Assembly: GCA_047967505.1 (NCBI GenBank)
Contig: CM106538.1
DNA: 64,000 nucleotides
Reading direction: 5' to 3' (one strand)
Source of the DNA: Dipteris shenzhenensis
Lineage: Eukaryota
The notes beneath the pieces were generated by a model. That model made no database searches, was not told the DNA's origin, and was given only the letters and a program-made list of their open reading frames with translations. A program made the position numbers and the translations under genes. Within the stretch, counting starts at the first letter, position 1, and each line of letters begins with the position of its first letter. Shown here piece by piece: positions 7,981 through 19,817 of the stretch.

Positions 7981-10900
7981 TAATGCTACAGACCTACTAT
8001 AACTCCTTGACATCTGTACATGTGCAACAAATGGAGGTAGTGGCACAAGCTCGACTCACTCTCATTCACAAAGAAGAAGAGCTCCAGGATTGCAAAGACA
8101 AGCTTGAAGACATGAGACAATCTTTGGCAGTATGTGCCTTCAGCATTGATGAGCTTACAAGGGAATGCCGACTCTTAAAAGACCAACTTGCTACTGTTCA
8201 AGAGGCCAGCACTTCACAAGCCCAGGTCTTGGACCAATGGTCCAATACCACTAAAGACATTCCTCAACAGGCAAAGGTCACCTTGCAAACGAAAAAGCTT
8301 AAGGAGGCATACACAACCATCTACCATCAGTACAAAGAAAAAATGAATGAGATGCACTCCCAAAAAATAGCCATCTCCAAGCTTGAACTCCAATTGCTAG
8401 TCCACAACAATGAGGCATTGGAAGACAACACCAATGACGCCCCACTACAATGCACAACTGTGGTGTACAAAGAGCTTGTGGCTACTCTACAACTGGAAGA
8501 TCACCTCAACGCACGCGTGCTTATCCAATGGAAGCAACTCCAAATCAGGATCATATCTGCTCATCCAACAATCAACTGGGAACGATCAATCTTGACTAAA
8601 ACCCTACGCATAATTTGCCAAGACTTGTCTGAAGATGAGAAGAATATCTTCTGCCTGTCTACACATGCCGAGTTTATAACACTCAGGACGGATGCTTTCA
8701 TTGCATATGTCTGCCTCATGGGTAGTCCTCCCCTCAGGGTTATTGCAGGTTTGTTGCCATTGCTACAAAGGCCATCCCTATTATTTGCATAGCACGACAT
8801 AACCGACATCCAACCCATGCAGCTGATCATCCCATCGCACCAACAAAAAGAAGTGTCAGAAGATGACAAGGCCTATCTCACATCCAACTTCCCATATCTA
8901 ACCACTCTTTCTGCCAACATCATAACCTCACTTCCCCTTGCTGCTACCACCCTCTTAACCTTCCTCGAGCTCCATCCTAACATCTATTCCCTCCATCGTC
9001 TCTTTGATCATGCCTCTCGCCATTTTTAACTTACTCAACAGTCACAAACTTACGAGCCCCTCACACCTAGCTTTTTCCCCTCCCTTGCTAATCCTACCCT
9101 TGAGGATTACCAAGCTTCTCAAACCATTTGCCCAATTCTTCCCCCCCTCCCCTCTGCTCCCCCTTCTGCCACTATCACTCAGCCATATTTCTCCCCCATG
9201 TCCCCTAATTCTCTCCCGGCCCCGTCATCACCTCCGACACTTCTGGTGCTTCCATCAACAGAAAATGATGCAGTATTTGATTTTGAATATCAGGATCCGG
9301 ATAATCCAATTCGTACGCCCATGCCAAGTTCCAATGATGGGTATGATTTGATGAGATACCACTTCCCAGTAACCCCATCAAGGAATTTTGGAGCAAATAT
9401 CCTGATATGAAAACTCGCGATGGATGGACCCTGGATAACTTTCCTACCAACCTTCGTCAGCATCAAATAAGTGAAGGTTGGATTAGCAAATTGGATCCAC
9501 AACCTAATTGGTGCCGTCCCAAGCTCTTTGATGTAATCTTCTTAAAGGACTACTTACGGGCACCTCCATGTCTCAAAACCCATCTCAAGTTTTATGCAGT
9601 TCCACAGTGTAAAAAATGGGAAGCCAACATACACACTTTGGCTGAAGATCGAGTCATTAATTGGCCAATGATCGAACCCTACTCTAGTGTAGAATGGAAT
9701 ATCCAAGGCACCATGATCCGAGCACTTCAGCAACATGAACAAATAATGCGCGGCAACATTGATCGCTTCCTTCACCAAAGTGCCATATTCTGTAAAACAT
9801 TAGAATTAATTCTGGAGGTCGCATGTTACCTTGATTCCCATTTGCCTCCACTCAGCTTTAATCCTAATGAAAGGATTGATGCTCAGATTACCAGCCGACT
9901 CTATCAAAGAGTGATCTTCTTGGAGGCACGCCACATATCTCTGTTCGAGCAAATGGTGGATACAGGCTACCTGGAAACTGGGAAAAAATTGTATGGTGCT
10001 AAAGCTCTACAGCAAGATCGACTGGCACGACACAAGTTCCACAGCCACTGGACTAAAAACATGGCAACCCAAGTACATGATCGCAATAAGCCATAACCCG
10101 AGGACGGGTAATAAAATGGATCCAGGAGTATGTTGACTCTGTGCCAACATGAACTTATGAAGAAAGAGAAGGTGTAACAATTTTGTGATACAACTTTTTG
10201 TTACAACTTTGTGTTACAACTTCTAGATACAACTTTGTGTTACGACTTTGTGTAACAACTTTGTGTTACAACTTCTACATGTAGAGAGAGAATGTGTTAC
10301 AACTTTGTGTTACAACTTTGTGTAACAACTTTGTGTAACAACTTTGTGTTACAACTTTGTGATACGACTTTGTGTTACATGCAGAGAGAGAAGCTCTCCA
10401 ACTTGTATAAATACCCCATAATGGAATGAAGCCCACACTCTTTGGGGCATTGTGTTGAGTCTACTTTGGTATTCCAAGCATTTGTCTCAAGTGTCCATGC
10501 TTCCTTGCACTGCACGTCCAAAAGCATGTCCTAACCTTGCAAATCCTCCTCCCCTCTCCTCCAAACTTGCAACCCATCCTCTCCCTCTCCTCCTCCCTCC
10601 TCCTCCTCCCTCCTCCTCCTCCTCCTCCTCCTCTCTCCTCCTCCTCCCTCCTCCTCCTTCCTCCTCTCTCTTCTTTCCCCCATGCTCTTACACCTTCCTC
10701 TCCCACTCCTATGCTTTCCTAAACCCTTTGTTCCTCAACCCTTAAACTCCATGATCTACGAGGGAGACGAGTTCTCCACCATGTACTCTACTCTGAACCT
10801 TGGATCCTCCTTCTAACCTTGGACTCTTTCTGGACCCTGGAACCTCCTTCTGAACCTTGGAACCTCCTTCTAAACCTGGAACTCCTTCTAAACCCTGGAA

Positions 10901-12990
10901 CCTCCTTCTAAACCCTGGAACTTGCTTCTAACCTTGGGACCTCCTTCTAACCCTTAAACTCCTCCTAAACCCTACAACCCCCATTGAAGGCAAAAGCCTT
11001 CATTACTTCAACAAAGATGATTTACCTTCCTTTTACACATGCATGCACTTTGTTTGCTTACCACACTTAAGCCTACGTCTCTCACCGGAACACGACTCGA
11101 GGTCCTAAGCTACACATATACTACAATCGACAATCCCAACATATCTGTAGGTGACAAAAAGCCTCGGAACCCTGCAAACATAGAATACCCAGCTCTTCCT
11201 ACGAAAGCAGTAGGAAAGAGCCAACACACACTTTCACTTACACATGCTTTCACTTAGACACATAGTCAATTGCATGAATAATTGTGCCACACACTTTCAT
11301 TCCACACTCTCAAAGCATGTGTAAAAATAAGATCTCTTACAATACACACACAAATGTCATACTTGCATACCAACTAATCTAATGATCAATGGTACACCAT
11401 ATGAACATGGATGCAGGTTCAAAAACAATGCCGCCACTAAAGAGGATGCAAAGAAAGAGCCCATTGCCTCAGCCACACCACGATACCCCCTCTAGAGTTC
11501 ACAACCATCTACCTCCTCTCAACCATGGCGACTATAGGCATTTGTGGTTTAGAGTGATAGCTCTGAGGAGGATTCTATGCATGACATGGAAACACAAGAA
11601 GAACAAATGCCACCCCAGTCACCAGCGGCCTACACAACCATTGATGGGGCCCAATCCTTGGAACTTGTGTGGCGACCTACATTGACTTATGCTCTTTCCA
11701 ACACAACAACATCTTTCTTAGAGCAAAGATATCTGGCCAGTTTGTATGAGAGCCTAAAATCCTTGGAGGACAGTCCCACAATGACCATGTACATCAGGGA
11801 CTTTCTCGATTCTTACCACTCCAGTGATACACTGGTTGGCAAGTATGTCACCATCACTGTACATCAAAGCCCACTCAACATTATCCTTGATAGTACAGCA
11901 ATTCAAAGGGCCTTCTCACTCCTAACTCAAGGTGCAATACCCTACAAGGCCTGTCAATGCTAAATTTCTCAAAATATAGCCTCTCCTCACCAAGGGCACA
12001 AAGCTCCATAGGGATGGGACATTACTTTGCACCATCTTTAACCCTCGCCTCAAAGAAGTAGCACAATTCCTATCCACAATCGTTGGGGTTAAGTGTGGTA
12101 AGAATCGATCCCTTCCACTCTGCACATTTGTTTTGCTGAGTAGAAAGCTAAAGCAAGACTGGATTCAACACTTAGTCATCTTCTTTACAAAAAAACTCGA
12201 TGGCTCATCAGGCCAAAAATGTAAAATTCCACACTTAACCCCAACCGAGAAATGACTCTGCCCAGTCACCAAAACCTATTAAGGAGTTGGACATTCCCTT
12301 ATCACTAGCATGGGAGTTGTCACCACAACTTCTCCTACTATCACATTAGCAAATGCGGATACCTCAAAAGAAATGCCTATTCTGGAGATCAGAATTGAGG
12401 ATGAGATGCTACATCTTGGTGCACAACTGCAACCAATATATATCCAACAATAGTAGCAGCCAAAGCCTGAGGCATCGGCACTAGCACCACCCATCAACAC
12501 CATGCCAGTCCATGATCCACAAGGGGAGCTACTGCCAGATCAACAATATGACTACTATACCCAAGTGACTGACTTACCATTGGAACAACCCCCAACAAGT
12601 ACTACAGAATCATCAGGTTGGCTACACGGACACCAATTGTATCAGCAATATCACCAATCCTCAACACCATCTGTAATTCTCCATCATCAAAATAGCCAAA
12701 TGCTTTAAATATTAGAACTATTCACTAGCTTTTGTCCAAGGAGGAACATGCACAAGAATTGGAAAGACAGACTGTAGCAAAAATCGAAGACCAATATGGA
12801 ATCTCCATAGAGGTCAAGGCACTTTGGGCGAAAGAGGTTGAAGAAGTGCACATGAATCAAACTCTCCAAGCTCAAGATAAGGAAGTGAGGGATGTGACCT
12901 CCAACCTCCACCAAACCCAAATACAGCTGACAATAGTAGTACAAGCTACGGTGATCCTAAAGACTTCCTATGACTACTTGACCTCCACAC
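7981..12990 (+). mobile_element. Repeat family X (probable 3' internal region of a Gypsy-type element) with decayed extra ORFs (7983-8792 coiled-coil-like, 9407-10096) and tandem arrays
   Basis: Homologous to 19818-21825 (+) and to 31210-31686, 32463-33138 and 40391-40740 (-). The last of these lies directly downstream of the Gypsy gag-protease at 41388-44874. Confidence 0.7.
10174..10980 (+). repeat. Compound tandem block: 13-bp ACAACTTTGTGTT array (~10174-10380), CT/CCT microsatellite (~10545-10680), ~20-bp CTAAACCCTGGAACCTCCTT array (~10790-10980)
   Basis: Directly visible periodicity; equivalent blocks at 20640-21580, 31435-31660 and 32620-33135. Confidence 0.9.
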
Positions 12991-13244
12991 TGACAAAATA
13001 TGAAGAGGGGAGAGGAGAAGAGTGGAGATGAGGAGAGAGGGCACAGCTAGAGAGCACACCACAAATGACTAACTGTACACTAGAATTAGTTGAAAAAATA
13101 GAATATATACAAACCCTTTTAGGGTTAGGGCTAGGGGATCTAACCCTTTCCTTTATAGCACTCTATAAGGTTAGTGCTATGCACATATGATCACGTGATG
13201 GTGCTATGCACACATGATCACATGATGTTGAGCGTGAACTCTCA
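12991..13244 (-). mobile_element. Copia family C LTR (lacks terminal 3 bp)
   Basis: Nearly identical to LTRs 48154-48410 and 60652-60908 (TGACAAAATATGAAG...GAGCGTGAACTCTCA). Confidence 0.95.
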
Positions 13245-13489
13245 TTTCTCCTTTATGAGATATATCTTAATTCCTCATGTCCAAAAAAATCTGATATCAG
13301 CCTTGTATATTGAAGAAATTGGATTCTATGGACCCTTTTCGGATAAAAATGACAGAGCAGCTACTGGAAAAATTGTAAGGTTGATGCTTGTGATCTAAAA
13401 AGGGGAGGAACTCTAGGTTTGCATTCTTTTCTTTTTTTAATACACGATGACTAATCTTGAAACATCAATGTTCTGCTGTCAATTTGCAG

Positions 13490-13740
13490 GTATTCAATGG
13501 GTGTAATTCCGAGCAAGAAAAGCTTGGCTCTTTGTGATAAATTATCAGTGTCTTCTTTCTGTAGGTGAGTTATCTACAGTTCTGTTTGGATGTGTTTAGA
13601 CTGGATAATGATTTGGTCATATGCTTCATCATTTCACTTCCGATTTTTTGCTGTATGCAGAAGGAGGTTGGCTGTAGTGATTGTGAGGCTTCGCTTGGCT
13701 GAACATCTTCAGGAGGCTGTCACATTCATTGAACAAGGAC
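13490..13740 (+). pseudogene. IMP3: Captured fragment of U3 snoRNP protein IMP3 gene (exons 13490-13564 and 13661-13740)
   Basis: Spliced translation YSMGVIPSKKSLALCDKLSVSSFCR|RRLAVVIVRLRLAEHLQEAVTFIEQGH matches the IMP3/S4-domain signature as I recall it (S.FCRRRL...EA.TFIEQGH). GT-AG intron 13565-13660; the next donor at 13741 is GTATCCTTT. Confidence 0.85.
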
Positions 13741-13808
13741 GTATCCTTTTAATGTGAGAAGGGTTTTTTGTACCCTGATTTTGCTCTTCCTTTTAGTTGT
13801 ATTAAGAA

Positions 13809-16440
13809 TTAACCATAGTTCAGCTCAAACGGACTGAACCCCGTAGAGGAATGTTTTCTATCATTGTAGGAAAACTCTAACAATGGCAACCACTTGTCCC
13901 ATGTATGATGCCTCAATGACACATATGCCCTCAGCGTATCCTCTAAAGTTTGGTTGACTCTCTCCGTCTGACCATCCGTCTCAGGATGATCCCCACTACT
14001 CATTCCCAACTCAGTCCTTAGTGTCTCAAATATCGCTATCCAAAAATGATCGGTAAATCTGACATCTCTGTCTGACACTATGGATCTAGGCAGTCCATGC
14101 AGATGAAATATATGTCTAATAAACAAATCCGCTACTTGCGGGGCACTAACAGACTCTCTAGTCAGAATGAAGTGAGCCATCTTGGTTAGACGATCAACCA
14201 TCATAAGGATAGAATCATACCCTCCTTGTGTTGTAGGCAGCCCTACAATAAAGTCCATGGAAATGCTCTCCCACTTACTTAGTGGTACTTCCAAGGGCTG
14301 TAAAAGTCTGGGTGGCTTCACCTGCTCGGCCTTACTTACTTGACACGAGAAACACCGTGTCACATATTCATGAATATGCTTTTTCATCTTTGGCTAAAAG
14401 AAATCTTGTTTCACGAGATCTTATGTCTTCTCAACCCCTGGATGTCTCGCACATGGGCTATCATGGCACTGTCGAATGACTCTCTGCCTGAGATCATTCT
14501 GACTAGGTACTACTACCTTGCCATTTCTTTTCAGCATACCATCCCTTATGGTATATCTTGCATAAGTTTGGCCTTTTCTGGATGCCAGGTCATCCTTTTC
14601 ATTTTCCCCGGGTTTTAACACATGAGCTTTAGGCCATAAGCTCTGGACAAACTCGTCCACCTTTTGAGTTTCTCTAATTTCGGTCATTAGAGCACTCTCT
14701 AATACCGTGAAACTCAAGTTGTGCATAATGCGAGACCGCATCAGCAACCTTATTATCTTTTCCTCTTCGGTACCGAATCGTGAAATTAAACTCCTGCATG
14801 AGCTCTGCCCACCTAGCTTGGCAGCCCCTCAAGTCAAGCTGTTTATAAAAATGTTTCAGAGTATCATGATCCACATCCGCATAAAACTCTGAACCATACA
14901 TATAATGCCTCCATGTTTTCAAAGCATGGATAACAACATACAACTCCAATTCATGAGTTGGCCAATTCCTTTGAGAGGGAGAAAGCTTTTTGCTTTCAAA
15001 GGCTACTAGCCTTCCCTCTTGAAGGAGAATTGCTCCTACCGCAATGCCACTTGCATCGGTTTCCAGGAACAACGGTTTCTGGGGATCAACTATTTTTAAC
15101 ACCGGTCCTGTGACCACAGCTTGTTTTATGGTGTTAAAACTTTCTTGTTGATTCTGTCCCCAAATAAAAGGTACTTTATCTGAGGTCAGATCAGTCAATG
15201 GCGATACTATTTCGGAATATCCTTTGATATGCCTTCTATAAAATTGGACAAATCCCCAGAATGATCGCAACACTCTGAGGGATTGGCCAAGTTAGTATCG
15301 CAGCCACTTTCTTCGGATCCATTTCTACCCCCTCTGGAGTAATTATGAATCCTAAATATTGAAGCCTAACCATACACAGTATAGTTTTCTTTTTATTTAC
15401 ATAAAGACTAGCTTTCCTCAAAGTACTGAACACTATTCTCAGGTGTTCACGATGCTTAGTAATACTTTTACTGAACACTAGAATATCGTCAATAAAATGT
15501 ACTACAAACTTTCCGATATACGGACGTAGTAAATCATTCATAAGCATGACGAATGTAGCCAGAGCATTGGTAAGTCCGAAGGGCATTACCAAAAACTCAT
15601 AATGACCAAACCTACTTCTGAAAGCGGTTTTATGCACATTCTCGGCTCTAATCCGGATTTGATGGTAGCCACATTTAAGATCTATCTTGCTGAAAATCAC
15701 GGCTCCATGTAATGCATCTAGCAAATCATCAATCCGAGCCATAGGATACCTGTGCTTGACAGTGATATTATTCAATGCTCAAAGGCGAAGCAAAAGGTGA
15801 GAAACTTGGTTGAATCTGCCCCAACTTGAGGTATTCTTCCAGTTGTCTACGCACCTCCGCTTCTTCAGTAAAACTCATTCTATAGGGAGGTCTATTTACA
15901 AGTTCTGCCCCCGGAATCAGTTCAATCTTATGTTGAACATTTCGCTCTGGAGGTAACCCATAAGGTAGTTCATCCCTAAAACATTCAGAGAACTCCTCTG
16001 TTATAAGATTAGCCAGCTTGGCCATCTCACCACTTTGTGTAACATCAGTGCTAGCCGAAGAATCATCAACCGGCTCTACCGATGATGTGCAAAGGAATAA
16101 AAACTCTTCTTGAGCTTTTTGGATTTCCATCACGGAAACCAACGGTCCCTAAGGTATATCTTTCTCACCTCGCAAGACATAAAGCACATCATTCATCTTG
16201 AATTGATATACGTGCTTTTTCCAATCAATGGTTGATTCTTCCTAGAATGCCAGGTCATACCCAGGGCTATATCTACATGAGCAAGCTTGGTTATTTCAAA
16301 ATCAAGCTTCTCAGCATAGTCTTGAATCCGAAGCTCCAACTGGGTAACCCTTTGGTCCCATACTTCAGTTGAACTTCCATCTGCCATCCTGACTGTATAC
16401 GCATAGTCAGATGGACTTGTCTTTAATTTCAGCCTCGACC
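13809..16440 (-). pseudogene. Decayed Ty3/Gypsy (chromovirus-like) pol fragment: protease end, RT, RNase H, integrase
   Basis: RT FSKIDLKCGYHQI/MPFGLTNA/FIDDILVFS; RNase H ETDASGIAVGAIL; integrase H..HPG, C..CQ, SMDFIVGLP, SDRD, PETDGQTER; several frameshifts and stops. Confidence 0.9.
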
Positions 16441-16490
16441 ATTACATGCCATTCCTTGAACCTACTAAAAGCCTCATCTTTAGTCTTCAG

Positions 16491-17816
16491 GAAGTCGATG
16501 CTTCTATCTCCTGTGTAGGTGAGGTTTTCTATTCTGATTCCTCATCGAAGATTACATCTCTGGAGATAATGACTTTGTGGTTGATGGGATCATACAATTT
16601 GTATGCTTTGCTTTCTTCACTGTAGCCAACCATGATGCATTTGCATGACTTCGCATCCAATTTCCTGCGATGATCATCATGTATGTGGGCATATGCTATG
16701 CAACCAAATATGCAGAGATGCCCAATGCGTGGCTTGTGTCCAGTGAATGCTTCATAAGGAGTCATACCTTGTATCGGTTCGGTAGGAAGCCGATTAAGCA
16801 AGTAGTTAGCTGTAGCTATTGCTTTTCACTAAGCATTGCTCTAGCACTGTCTGCTAAAATCCCATTCTAGACTGGTGATGATACTGCACATCCTATTGTG
16901 TAGATTGGTAAAATTCCTTTGTCTATGTAGGATGGGAAAGAATGGAGAAAGCATTGAATTTTTGTATGATCATTATGTTGCCAAGACAAGGACTTTTGAT
17001 CACGTTTCATATTTTACTTGTCCACAAACCTATCATCTATGTCCCTCTAGGGTTGGCATTCCCTAGCTACAAGCTTCCATGTCAATCTCTCCAACAAATC
17101 ATGCCCAACGTTTGTGAGAATATCTAGGGCATGTTAACTTTCATCATCTTGCAAAATTGGTGGATGGACTACCCAAAGTCTTTGGGTAAGAGACACATTT
17201 TGTAAAATTATTTTGCAAATCCCACATTCTAGAAAATTTTGACTATTGTATCACTGCCATTCATCAAAATTTTGTCAATGAGTGTCAGTTGTTGTTGTAT
17301 TGCATTCTACTAAGGAGTATCTGCACATGTGAATTGTCTTCGAATGCCGTGATTTTTGCAAAAGTTCATGAATGCTGAAGACATGTATTCACCTCCTCTG
17401 TCCGATCGCATGACCTTGATCTTTCTGCCTGTTTGGTTTTCTACCATGGCTTTGAATTCTTGAAATCTGGCAAACACTTCAGATTTCTCTTTCAGAAAGT
17501 AGACCCAACAATATCTGCTGTAGTCATCGATGAAGGTCAAGTAATAAAGTGAACCATTGATGCTGCGGGTCTGGGCATAACCCCATACATCTGTATGAAT
17601 CAAATCAAGAATACCTCATGCACGAGAGGTACTTCTGACAAAGTTGGTTCGCTTTTGTTTGCCGAAGCAGCATGCTTCACAAACCTTTCCAAGAAACTGT
17701 AGCTTCGGAATCCCAATTGCCATATTTTGATTCCTGAGATCTATAAGTAGTTGAAGTTGACATGACCATATCTCTTGTGCCATTTTGCAGATAGTGGCAT
17801 CTGTTGCATTTGAGCT
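16491..17816 (-). mobile_element. Two Copia C integrase fragments (16491-16866 and ~17310-17816) separated by filler DNA
   Basis: High identity to 50243-50509+55964-56100 and to 56126-56631. This copy shows the empty site GCTTCATAAGGAGTC of the insertion at 50510-55958. Confidence 0.88.
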
Positions 17817-19817
17817 GATTTAGTGTAGAGGCAGTGATCAATTTCACTCCTTCTAAAACCCTAGGACTGAATAAAAGCATCAAACTTCTGATACCATTCT
17901 CTAGGCACTTGCTTAAGACCATAGAGACTCTTCTTCAGCTTGCAAACTAAATACTCTTTGCCCTTTTCTTCAAAGCCTTCCGGCTGCACCATGTAAATTT
18001 CCTCATGCAGATCCCCATGCAAGAAAGCTGTCTTGACATCCATCTGCATAAGCTCCATATCTTCTGCTGCCACTAGTCCAAGCATGCATCTAAGTGTGTT
18101 CATCTTCACAACCGGAGAGAATATCTCATCAAAGTCCACACTCTTCTCTTGCTTGAACCCTTTAGCGACCAAATGGGCCTTATACCTAGGCACATCATCA
18201 CCTGTTACCTTTATTTTGTAGACCCATTTACATGGCAATGCTTTCTTTCCATGTGGCAAAGAAACGAAGTCCCAAGTCTTATTCTTCATAAGTGAACTCA
18301 TCTTTGATTGCATAGCATACTCCCACTTGCGTTGATCCTCACGTATTATAGCCTCTCTGTAGCAAGAAGTCTCCCCGCAATCAGTAAGCATCACATAGTC
18401 TACCCCTGGAACAAACCTATCACTCACCTATCAGGCATTCTAGACACTCTAGATGATCTTCTCAAGGGCATTTCAGCTTGCTATCCCACTTGCATTTGGC
18501 TCATCATTTCCACCAAAGATCCATCATCTACCCTTGATTGTATACCTGTGGGAGTACTTGCTGGTACCATTTCTTGCACATTTGGTGCATGGACAGCTTG
18601 TTGTCTATCAACATATGTAGGTGGATTCACGTCCTGGAAAGTGATTCTTCTCATTTCCACATCCCTTATGGGTGCTTTATACATCTTCTTCTCATTGAAG
18701 ACAACATCATGGCTACGTATGATCTTCTTTGCTTTTGGATCCCAGAGACGATAGCCCATCTCTCCACTTTCACCATAACCAAGAAAGATGCATTTCCTAG
18801 ACTTAGGATCTAGCTTCTTTTAAAGCTCTTTTGGCACATGTGCATATGCCTCACACCCACATATGCGCAAATGAGAGTAAGAGGGCTTCTTGCCACTCCA
18901 TGCCTCTTTAGGAATACCACCATCCAATCTCTTACTAGGTGATCTATTGATCACATGCTCTATAGTCTTCATTGCCTCAGCCCAAAAACCACCAAAAAGA
19001 CTTGCATTGGAAAGCATGCATTGCAATGTTTCCTAAATGGTACGGTTCATCTTTTCTGTAACTAGATTTTGCTCTGGAGTACGAGGGGATGTGAGCTCCC
19101 TCTTAATCCCATGTGTATCATAGAAATGCTGAAAGTCATAAGAGAGATACTCTCCACCATTGTCAGTCCGTAGGCATTTAAGCGTTCTACCTGACTGATT
19201 CTCAACCAAGGCCAGTCATTTCTGAAATACCTGGAACACATCACTCTTCTGAGCTATAGCATAAGCCCACACTTTCCTAGTTGCATCATCAATGAATGTC
19301 ACATAGTATTCAGCCCCGCCTAATGACCATGTAGGCATGGGACCACATACATCTGAATGCACCAAATCAAGCTTTTCAAACTCTTTCTTTTCCCTTATTT
19401 TATGGGCTGATTTAGTCTGCTTCCCATAGAGACAATGCTCACAAAATTCAAAATCAGAGAAACTCAAATGCGATACATAACCCAAATGGCATAAGAGTTT
19501 CATTCCATTCTTGCTCATGTGGCCCAACCTACAATGCCACAAAGAATTACTTGGCTACTCGGTTATTGCAACAACATGAACAAACACCCCCGATACATGT
19601 AATGGATACAAAGTCCCACACTTGGCACCCCTGGCCAAAAGCATAGAGCTTTGATACCAATTGAGAGTGCTCTCAACAGAAGCAAGAATGGAAGAGGGAG
19701 AGAGAGAAACAGAGAGCCACACAAGTTTTGGTGGGTGCAGAGCACCCTAATCTTCTTTTTCATTCATTTATATATGTGTTTGAGTATTGTACATAACCGG
19801 GGTAAAGGCACACTGAG
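17817..19817 (-). mobile_element. Deleted Copia family D (Tnt1/Tork-like): LTR remnant, PBS, integrase and partial RT
   Basis: PBS TGGTATCAAAGC (rc 19648-19659); LWHCRLGHMS, VHSDVCGPM, QMDVKTAFLHG, KSLYGLKQ; gag and protease missing. Confidence 0.82.

Noticed and set aside
4849-7983. PIF/Harbinger assignment suggested by the CCC|TAA end and two-gene layout
   Set aside because: The transposase lacks Harbinger motifs (IDGTH, GDSGY, R..VE..FG) and matches RAG1-type motifs instead.
10452-10745. Pro/Ser/Leu-rich and Gly/Glu/Arg-rich ORFs here and at 20981-21361, 30223-30813 and 32479-32847
   Set aside because: Translations of CT/GA and G-run microsatellites.
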